Assembly (NCBI RefSeq): GCF_964194025.1 | Contig: NC_134472.1 | Coordinates: 23,808,001 to 23,872,000 of the forward strand | Direction: 5' to 3' | Origin: Convolutriloba macropyga | Taxonomy: Eukaryota | Length of the DNA stretch: 64,000 nt | Part shown: positions 53,701 through 64,000 of the stretch, piece by piece | Numbering within the stretch: position 1 is the first letter of the stretch | How the letters are laid out: each line of letters begins with the position of its first letter | Program-made: the position numbers and the translations under genes | Notes under the pieces: generated by a model | What the model saw: only the letters and a program-made list of their open reading frames with translations | Database searches by the model: none | What the model was told of the DNA's origin: nothing

Positions 53701-56700
53701 CAACCATTAGAAAAGATTTGTTCGGGACTCTGGGCATATTCCCAAGTACAGCTCTACAAACATCCATAAATATGAAGATGGGACTAAAAAATCAATTGAA
53801 AATCAGTACCGTGACGCAACTCACCTCACCATTAACACATAACAAAACAATAGTGGTTACTGCCTCGCAGTTAGACCCAACTAAAAGAATCCGCAAAACA
53901 AGGGAAGAAATCAGTCAAACCATTGTAGGAATTGCACCCAGCCATTGAAATAAAAGCACAAACAAAACTGCATTGCATTAAGAAAGAAATGCAATAAATG
54001 TGGAATCCTCAACCCCTTCGCAAAATAGTGTTGCAATGCACAAATGAAAATTAAAACAGTTCGAAACATTGAAATTAGTGTAGAAGCAGAAGAAGAGCCA
54101 ATAAATAAAATAGAAAACGGCAACAACACGTGCAATTCCGGCTACAGCTCTCCCGACAACAATTGCGTGGCACCCAGAAAGAACACCTCAAAATATGAAA
54201 GTTAAAATTGAAAACATTGTGATCTCACTACTTCTTGACTGCGGAAGTGTGTGCTCCATAGAAACTCAGACGAGACAAAGTGGTTGACAGGGAAAAAAGA
54301 GATAAAAAGAATTTCTCAAACGAAACAGTGACCACACTGGGCATCTTAGTGGCTCCGATAGAATGCAGTAACTGGTCCGCAAAAAACGTTCAATTAGTAA
54401 CAATCGAAAACGGACAATGACCAACCATTAGAAAAGATTTGTTTGGGACTCTGGGCATATTCGGCAAACAACAAAAAGCGACAAACAAAACAATAAAAAT
54501 CAAATAAACGCCGTGCCCAAAAATTGTACAAATCGCAAAGAAAATTCGCGTTATAACAACACGAACTGGTAAGTCAACAAACCACACATTCAAATTTGAA
54601 CTAACAAGTAAGTCGTCAAATAGGCAGAAGGTCCCAATGAATATACAAGACAAAGTCAAAACAAATTTAGAAAAACTGCTAAAACAGGGGCATATCGAAA
54701 ACTTGACTCGTGTTTGGATAATAACTTAATTTCACTAATAATTAAAACAGTCAAGAAAGACGGATCAAAATAGTTAGTTCTTTATTTGCAAGTCTTGATC
54801 ATATCAATCGCGAAAAGAGACATTTCACAAATATTTATTTGCAGTACGCTTATAGCCAGCTAATTATGCGACCCGAATCTTTGCGGAACTGCAAGTTTAA
54901 CATATTTAGCGGCAAAATGACAGGCAGCAAATCGAATTAAAACTACGGTCTTTTAGATATGCCTGATGAGTTTCAAAAAGACATAGATACAACATTAATT
55001 GGTTTTAAAAACACAAATTGCTTTCTAGAAAATATTTTGACCGTTAATAGTGGAACGTTGGACGACCACCAAAACTAGAATAAGCTTAAAAAAATTTAAC
55101 GATGAGTATCTGAAAACAAACTTTTCAAAAAGCCACTTTGCAAAGTATGGAAATGAACGGTTTGGCTCTAACGTCACAAAAAGCGATATAAAACAATTAC
55201 AAAATAACGAGCGCTCTCTATAATTTAAACCGACCAACCAAAAAGTAAGATCTTTTCTCGGATCTGTTCACCGTCTCAGTAAATTTATTACAAATCTGGC
55301 AAAAATGTGCCAATCTTTAAAACCATTATTGTGAAAATCTGAAAATTACACATGAACTGAGAACCACAATATATATTTTCAAGAAATCATAAAACGAACA
55401 GTACAAGCTACTGAAAAAAACGACAACCCGGATTTGGAAACCCGGATGAGATGCGACGCCTCTAGAGAGGGTTTAGAGGCAGCTCTGGAACAATAAGACA
55501 TTGAGGGCTTGAAAAAAAGTTCGATTCGACTCGCGACTATTAATTTCTGTTGAACCCCGACGTGAACGGGTTAGAACTTTTGGGGCTGGTATGTGCTATT
55601 TAATATTTCAAGTACTATTTGATTAGAAAAAAAATTTTCAGTCATTACTATACTCAATGACGGAAGAACATCGTTTAAACAAAATTTATAACAGTAAATT
55701 CGCTGGGTGGGTAGACTAAATTTTACCATTGAATTTTGAAAAAGAGCACCTGCCAGGCCCAAAAACGGTCCTCGCTGATTACGTTTCACCCGTGCCAAAA
55801 AAGAAGCACCCAATATAATACACTGCAATGAGCAATTAGTGGTAGCAAAATTAGATTAAGTGAAACGCAGCGCAAAACGTTTCCTCTAAAATAAATCTAA
55901 TTTTGAGTCAATCGCACCGCAAATAGAGGCAAATTACCCAAATATGACGAGAATGAAATTCAAACAACTAATTTTGCGGGGCGAAAATGAGGCATCATAA
56001 CAATTCACGTAAAATCACAATTTGGCGCCAAAATACATTCCTCAAAAGGATTGAACAAATTGATTGAAAAAAATCATTCCAACAATTTGATGGCTCGAAT
56101 ACAGGCCGATAGCCCTCAGTATAATTTCGAAAGAACTTCCCAGCAGTTTGTGAAACTTGTCGATATGCCAAAAAGATCTAAACCGAGCACACCATCCAGA
56201 GTCCGCTTTGACCTCGAGTCCGATCAATCCACCTTCCACACACAAACAACGGATACGCAACAGCAGATGGGACCGCACACCCGAATCAAGCAAGTCAGTA
56301 ACGCCGTCGTACATCTACGCCGACGCCTTTTGTTTTGCCATAAACAAAAATTTCACTAAGCGCCTACTAGCCGATTTGACAAAGAATGGTGCGATATTAA
56401 AGGAACTCCGGGACTGTTTGTTGGCAGGGAATGAGGAGCGCTGCAAACATCTGAGTCCCTGCATACACAGTTTCTAGCGGGACCTACATGTTTAATTGGG
56501 TAGCATCTGCATTGATAATTGCTCCGCGATCCCACATTCAATCAAAGATGTTCACGTAGAGGCAATACACGCAAAACATCCCCGCAGTGGGATGATGACA
56601 AATACGGCCTTTCATGCATTGTGGCCATACGCGAACATGGAACAGGGACATTATCTCCAAGACCACAAAATGCCGGCCATCCATAAGATTTGGTACATCC

Positions 56701-58945
56701 CATCAACATATTGCTCCCCTTAAACCATCAACATATTGCCCCCCATAAAACCATGCAAAAACACAATTAAGAGAATAAAATTGACTTCGGAGGTCCGATT
56801 TATATTGAGAAAGATCAGAAAAATTATTTTTCCATCTGCATAGACCGTTTATCTCAGTTTATATCAGCGGAAACATTTTACTACGCCAATGTCAAAAATA
56901 TCCAAAAACTTCTACAAAATTACATCTTATTACACGGCGTTCCGCGGCGTATTCGCGTTGAACAAGCGAGATGCCAAATTGGAATGCAATTTGATATCTT
57001 ATGCGTACAGAACAATATTGAACTAATAGTGGCATCAATTAACAACCACATAGCCATTGGCTTAGCATCACAAATAATCCAAACAATTAAACATAAATTG
57101 GAATGTATTCAAGAAGCTGTTAAATCCCCATTCAATTTAAACAATTCAATTTATTATGTATGATATCAGCTCAGAATATGTGGAACGAATACTCTGAAAG
57201 CAAACTTATTTGAAGCGCATTTCAGCCTTTAATGAAATATGCCTTCAAGCAATATATGCACAGAACCGAACCTAAACAAAGAGTCTTATCAAAAATTTAT
57301 CAATAGAAAATTAGATCAAGATGCTGTTTATTGGATGCCAGATTCCCGAAGAAAATGGAAAGACAGAGACCGCAGTGAGGCCGAAGTCGAAAACAATAAA
57401 ACCAGCGCAATTTGCGACGCAAATGAGCACCAACTGGGACAAATTTCAGAAAAGACGCGCATGATAAAAATTGAAGGGCGTTGCCGTGGCATTCCCGGAT
57501 CGGAGGAATCACTACAACTAAATCTGATAAAGAAGATACCAGCTTACAAACGTTCGAAGAAAGACCTGCAAGGGCAATATGAGGTCATCGCGCCCGGCTC
57601 GACAATACTGAAAGATGACGACACAACGCACACGATCAAGGAGCCCGGCAAAATGCCCGTAACTGTACGGAAATCTGACATGACAGAACTCGGCACAAAA
57701 GCCAAAAAAGACAGTCCTTTATATTTACGCCATGTGATTACAAAATAGCGAAACATGCAATTGATCTCAAGAGAAATGTGGAGGGCGGAAAACGACCTTC
57801 GCAAAAACCACTGGCCATTAACGCAAGCATTGTTTCGTCGTTGAATTCAAATTTTTTCAGAGCCCTCCCAGTACGAATGCCAGTAAAACCAGCCAGCCCA
57901 TCATCGCCAAGAAAGAATACACAGAGCCCAAAAAACAGCGAATGAACCGTGACGCAGCAAGAGAAACCGCAGCACGATTACCTATTCGACGGGTTTGTTA
58001 GTGGTTTGCCCCGCGGTATCGGCTGTTACAAAAAGCTGCAAAACGAGAAGCAAATCGCAGCAAACCTGCAAATCAACACAACACTCGAGACCGCTCATCT
58101 AAAGCAGTTCTTCTGCCTTCTCTCTAATCGCACCGCAATCAAGTGTAGTTGATGGCATTAAAACACTCGCAGAATAAAAACCCACTCCCACTACGCATCT
58201 CGAATTCAGAATGATTTTGCAACCAATTGCACCCTTGATCCAGACATACAAATCACCAAAGCTTGACACGATAATACGCTCTGCACTAGAAGCCGAGATT
58301 AAAACCGACTCGGAAATTGATTAGACATTGCTAATTTACATTTCAAAAACAAAAACATCAACTATATGTTCTAAAATTGATAATACCAGTACATATGATA
58401 CCCAACAATTGTAATTTACAACAAAATTAATGCAAAGTTTTATTTTCGTTTTTCAGATGAGGATATGCTGTGCACAGGTTCCAAACATGTACTGATTTCA
58501 TCCATTTAATCCACTTTCTTATTTGGTTCAATTCTATAATAGATTTTCGTATGTCTGATAATAAATGATTTCACGTTGCATTTCCCTATTCTTTCGCTGC
58601 TAATACCTTCTGCGGTTCAGTTGCAAAAAATTACTATCTTTTTGCTGTGAACATTTTCGTGTATTCACGTATATACTTTTTTCTAGCATCCAATCTTGGT
58701 TGCCTAATTTACTTTCATTCTCTAATCTTTCTTTTTAAAAGTCACTACTTAATTAAAACTTCAGTAAAGTTCTATTCGCTAAGCGACACTAGTCAATAAT
58801 TCTAATTGGTCGAATCACCCCGCGAATCACGAAAACAACACACTAATTTATTGAGCCTGAATTGCCTCGCGAATCAGCATTGGAAAAGTAATCGGTCTTA
58901 TCGCGAATCAGCAATCAATCTCGTAGCAAAAGATTGCGTAGTGCA
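50720..58945 (+). mobile_element. Old, heavily mutated Ty3/Gypsy relic D related to element A, with internal gag-protease duplications
   Basis: ATGGCGCAGTCAG PBS/gag start at 50928; PLRWERW gag, CDASR RNase H and KRSKKDLQG..EVIAPGS integrase-tail homology to A; diverged LTR remnants about 50720-50928 and 58470-58945. Confidence 0.88.
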
Positions 58946-61900
58946 CTCTTTCGCCTTGTCCGGACCTAAACCACTATCTTTTTCTCTCGTCATTTCGCTA
59001 ATATTTAGCAGACTGAACTAATCACAAAAAATAATAAATACATAAAAGGCACATCACCCAAATGTTGAGCATTTGAGTAGTTGATGACGGCTAGTGAAAA
59101 CGATTCTTTGGGGGGATCGTCAAATTCTGCAAAACACAGTCAAAGCCATTTTTCTTTTTTGTACTCCTTTTACAGCGTTCCTTAGATTGGCAAATTGGCT
59201 GATTAACCTTAGACCCATGTACTGTACGTGATAGAAATTGTGTCAGTGGCACAGCTATTATAGAGATGTTTTGTGAGATAACTCAGCTGCCTTCTTCCTT
59301 AGGAAAAAGTTTCATGGTCTTAGCTGGCTCTTTTTCATTATTAGACCTCAGTTCGCTTTGCACTCAATCCCCCATTAACTGAAAATGAGCCTTTTAAAAA
59401 TAAATGAGTGTTGTTTTTTAGAACATGTCCTTAAAGTTTGAAATTCATATGCACCGATTAAGCTAGAGGTTGTCACACTGAACGTTCGAAAATGGTTCTG
59501 AAAAACTAAACGTAAAACAATGACTCGAGAAACAAAACGGCAAAATTCTCGCCCTAGAAAACAAAAGAAATTTGTGCCTAGTTTTTTAAACTTAAGAACA
59601 ACTTAGAACGCCTAATTTGCCAGAGTACCAACCGTAGCACTCAAACTAGACAAAAATGAGCTGCGGAGACGCGTCGCTGCAATCAAGCGCTTCAAATATT
59701 NNNNNNNNNNNNNNNNNNNNNNNNNNNNNNNNNNNNNNNNNNNNNNNNNNNNNNNNNNNNNNNNNNNNNNNNNNNNNNNNNNNNNNNNNNNNNNNNNNNN
59801 NNNNNNNNNNNNNNNNNNNNNNNNNNNNNNNNNNNNNNNNNNNNNNNNNNNNNNNNNNNNNNNNNNNNNNNNNNNTGTTCACTTTTGCAGAACTTTTGCT
59901 GAGTCAAAAAGCCCCAGAGTTCTATAAAACCTGTTTTCAATAAATTTATTGGTACCAAGAATTATTTTGCGGTCGAAAAGTTCAGCAGTATGACAGAAAA
60001 GTTGTAAAACCAAAGAAATATTATTTGAAAACAATCTAACTTCATTGGTTTTCAATTTGCAAAGTTTATAACTCCTCTGTTCATTTACAGCTTACAGCAT
60101 CTGTTGACACTCCAATCAAAGTTGATATCTAAACCGCATTATATTCTCAGGCATTTTGAATGCTTGGAAAAATTTTTCCCCGGTAGATTATCACCCATCA
60201 TAACTGATATTTTACATGATGGTTTATGTAAATTGTATTGAAAGTTGATCTTCTTATTCTGCTAAGCATGCCAAAACGCGCCTTAAATGCTAATCTATCA
60301 AGTTGCCAAAACAATATTTTGAAGCTTGTTAAATACCAATGAAAACAGATATTCGTCTTTTTGAGGAAAAAGTTTCACGAGGACGCGTAATCAGGCGCAC
60401 AAACTGTGGAAAAGCACCACTCAGCAATAAAAAACCGGCGTCTCTTATTTGCTATTCTTTTTCTTTTTTCCTGATTTTTTCGTCTCTCTAACTAAAATAT
60501 TCGTTGAACGAGTAAAGATTCTTATTTCATACACAATTTATATTAAACTGTTTTCTCTCAAACGTCTGACACTGTCCTTCCAATTGAACACTCCCCGATT
60601 TTACAGTAGTTTCGAACTACATTTTCTTTGAAGCTCCCAGATTTTCTTCTGTGGGCCGTAACATGATAGGTTATGGACACTCGTAGCCAAGAAATTTGTT
60701 TTAAACTAAACTTAAATAATGTAGCTTCCGTGAATGAGGCAATAAAAATATACATTTGATGCAGAACTCAAACATTCTTCTGACAAATCTGATTATAATC
60801 AGAATGATAATTTGGATGATAGAGTTTCCAAAATTTCCCCATGCCACCGTTGTTATTAAATCAAGATACAAATATAATATACCCGGAATAACCCTAATAC
60901 TCAAAAAATTATGAAATTACAAAATCATATCATGGCATCTATGAAAATTTGTAGACTTCAAAAATTCAGTGAAAGAAAAGTTAAAAATCAAAAAGTTAAA
61001 TTTTTCAATAAATTTTTGGGATTTTTAGTTTGGCTCCTTTGGTTAAATTTTGGTGAAAAAATACAACTTATGTGCTATGCATTTATTATGCTTCGATTCT
61101 TTGTTTCTGTGCTGTGTTTTCAATCTCGGCCAATCGTGATTTTTTTATAGCTTTGGAAATAAAGCCTCTATTTTTCTTAAGCTGTAAGAAAAAATGCAAT
61201 TTTTTCTCTTGAAGTTTTAAGCTCATGAGGACCTGCGTTAAATTTCTCCTGGTTGTTGTTACGGAGAAAAAGTAACCATAACCATTGAATTGCCATTCAT
61301 GAAAATGTTGTTGTAATATAACTTCCATTAATGAAAAGCCTGAGTCATAGAACTTTCATTTACGATAAAGTTGTACTTTTACAATTATTTCACAGCATTT
61401 TTCATTTATGAAGTCAATGTCCCATAATATGAAGTTCTAAGATTAAAATATTTGTCAACCTGGGATTTGTAATGGTGCCTTAATCTACGTTTTGCCCTCC
61501 AATTTTCATTAACTTGGTTTCATTTTCCATAATCATAACAGTACTCGAAGTTTAGGGTTGGGAAAGCCCAAAATAAAAACTAACAATTATTTAAAAATAT
61601 ATTAATCAGGGCAGCTGTATTGCTCAGTTCTCATCTAAACTAACATTGGTTCATTTAAATACTTCTTTTGCCTTCAATTTGAGATTATCTCAACTTTAGA
61701 TTTAGAATTACCTCGGTAACGTAAACTGTACCATTTCAGCCCAAACTAATAATTAATAGTCGTAATTAAACTGCAGTTATGAAATCGAAATTCTAACAAG
61801 TTTGGATGACACAATTACGCAATTTTTATATCGCATTTTTTATTTGCCATGTAACGGCTCACGATATTAGTATAGTGAGTTGCCACATGACTAAAATTAT

Positions 61901-62456
61901 TGGCCCGTTCTCTTGTCGTGTTTATTTTTCTGGTCAAACCATGTCAAACTCCTTTTCAGTGCATTTTACGTTTGATTATTCTCCCAGCATTTTTTCACAA
62001 TTTTTTCCAGAAAAATTTTACATAAAATATTGATGCGCAGGAACATTTTTTAAATTCATCTTTCCTGTCAGCCATTAAATAGGGTGGCAACCACCCTTAT
62101 AAAATTTGGTACACAGTTTCTCAACAAAGTATTAAGACAAAACATTTTTCTATTTTTAATGCATAATTAAAATCGTCACATTATTCACAATAATTTGTGT
62201 TTGTATTTTGTTGAACTTCAAATGACGTGTTTTAGAACGTAACTCTATATGCAGATTCGACGTTTCTGAGCTTCGCTTCTTATCTGAAGGTTTTCAACTT
62301 CATACATATTAGTTTGTTTTGCTGATTGTTAGACCTATAAAGTTTAAAGACAATCATTAACAGACTTTCATTTTTCTTGTTGCTTTACCTCCCGTATTTT
62401 TTCTTGTTTTCATTAGTTGTTTTTAAACAAAATTTAGTAACCTGGCATGCATTAAA

Positions 62457-63166
62457 ATGGCGTCATTTTATCCGGCGGTTGTCACCGAAAAAGACGTTAA
62501 GTCAATTCTGCGCTCTTGTTACCAAATAGAATCTAAGAAATTGACCAAAATGAAAGGTTTTGACTTTATAAATTACAAGGCAGAAATAATATCAGGAACT
62601 AAATATTTTGGAGTTACAAATGTACTTTTAAAAATTAGTCCATGCAGTGAACCTCCTGATAAAGTAGACTTTCTTTATGAACAAATTCACTTGATGCAAA
62701 ATTTGAGTCATGATCTACCAAATTTAATTCAAAACGTTTATACCTCAAAAGACGGAAAATTAATCACTAAAAGTAAAGTTAGGTGCCAAAAAGACCCCAA
62801 AAGGGAACACGATCATAATGTTACTTTGTTTGAGTTTATCGAAGCTATACCAATGATTGAAGTTCTGCCATTCACATGCAGTTTAATTGAAGATGTCGGC
62901 CGTAATTTTGCAAATGTGTCCAAATTACTTCAGAAACACGCAACAGAAACTCTTCTTAAACGGACAAATCAAAGATGGGATCCAAAAAACGTTTTGCAGT
63001 GTGAAGAATATCTGTATTTAGAGAAGAATATCGAAAGAAAGAACCTTTTCGGAGAGTTTCTGAGGAAGTTTAGAAGTGTGAGCTTGCCTCATATCGAGAG
63101 GCTGTGCACTCGGGCACTGATTCATTCAGATGGAAGCTGTAACAATATTTTGGTACAATCTGACAA
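62457..63166 (+). CDS. HYKK: Hydroxylysine kinase / aminoglycoside phosphotransferase-family protein, first exon (gene continues past the window)
   Basis: VLLKIS lysine motif, LFEFIE, WD, Brenner-type IHSDxxxNNILV; donor AA|gtaaga; the later D-containing metal-binding motif is not yet reached. Confidence 0.75.
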
Positions 63167-63537
63167 GTAAGAATATATTTTTTTGGGAAAAATAATTGAA
63201 ATCGTGCGAAAGTTGAATGCTGGAAGGGTGGGTCCAGTAGTAGACAAATGGATCCCTGATCGGAACCTAATAGACGAAATGGCTTCCGCTTAGACTAAAG
63301 TCTGTTTTTTTTCGTTTGGTAGGATTTTTATGTTAGGTCATGGAAAACTCCCGTAGGCCATTTCGTTTAGTCCCGCAACCTTAACCTACAAGTAAAAATA
63401 ATAAAATAAAAACTATTAAAATTACTTGTATTTTGCAAACTTGTATTTACCAAATTGTATTTTGGATAAAAGGATCTCAACAAAATTGAGCAAAGACAAA
63501 AATAACTGTCTTCAAATCGGAAATATCAACCAAATCA

Positions 63538-63940
63538 GGGATCCCAACCGAAAATTGTTGAGGTCCCACCCGCAAGGTTGAGGTCCCATCCGGAGGTGAC
63601 CTCTGATCAGAAACAAACCCAACGCACTCAGTGTGTTCGCAGACCAAAATTATAGGGTCTGGGATTCGGCTCGAGCGCACAATAGGATGGTATGATCGAG
63701 CGCAGTCGATAGGATCGCAGAAGATATGATGGTCTGGTCAGAGGTTTTTGGTCTGGGGATGGTCTGATCAGAGGTCACTTCCGGATGGTAATGGTCTGAT
63801 CAGAGGTCATTTTCGGATGACATAGTCTGATCAAGGCTCACTTTCGAGCGCACGTTAGTCTGATCAGAGGATACTTTGGTCTGACCAGAGGTCACTTCGG
63901 GATGGAGCCACAACCTCGGAACTCAGTAAGTAGTGGGATC
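63538..63940. mobile_element. Foldback/MITE-like element with internal tandem repeats of about 30 bp
   Basis: 63573-63610 is an imperfect inverted copy of 63880-63918; TCTGATCAGAGGTCACTT units repeated about 6 times. Confidence 0.65.
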
Positions 63941-64000
63941 CAACAAGATCAAACTTCTTGAAATACTCATGAAAGTTGTTTTCAAATTTGGGTATTAATA

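Noticed and set aside
63730-63900. CRISPR-like repeat array
   Set aside because: Eukaryotic context, degenerate units, no unique spacers, no cas genes; fits a foldback element

Overview
AT-rich eukaryotic (animal) genomic DNA with introns and N-masked blocks; an invertebrate source (possibly an acoel-type genome) is only a guess. Host genes: the 3' exons of an unidentified low-complexity protein (+, 341-6981), an intronless secreted trypsin-like protease (-), an intronless TMEM237 homolog (-), the first exon of a HYKK/APH-family kinase (+), and a multi-exon minus-strand gene (25411-46404) that the ORF track misses. Spliced by hand, that gene encodes a Janus/Ocnus (PHPT1-like) domain lacking the catalytic His, fused to a long disordered and coiled-coil tail. 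About 40% of the window is Ty3/Gypsy LTR retrotransposon: one young near-intact element with a CAACC target-site duplication, two deleted copies inside introns, and one decayed relic. There are also a Tc1 relic, MITEs, a tRNA-derived SINE-like unit and tandem repeats. Most notable: (1) the PHPT1-like pseudophosphatase; (2) exon joins that seem to need GC, GG or GA 5' splice sites with exon-side AG|G, plus a divergent U1 snRNA-like sequence in an intron of the same gene; (3) in all four Gypsy elements the gag ATG overlaps the TGG of the primer-binding site; (4) a repeat array and short linear motifs in the RNase H-integrase spacer. All exon models come from manual reading-frame analysis, with no transcript evidence.
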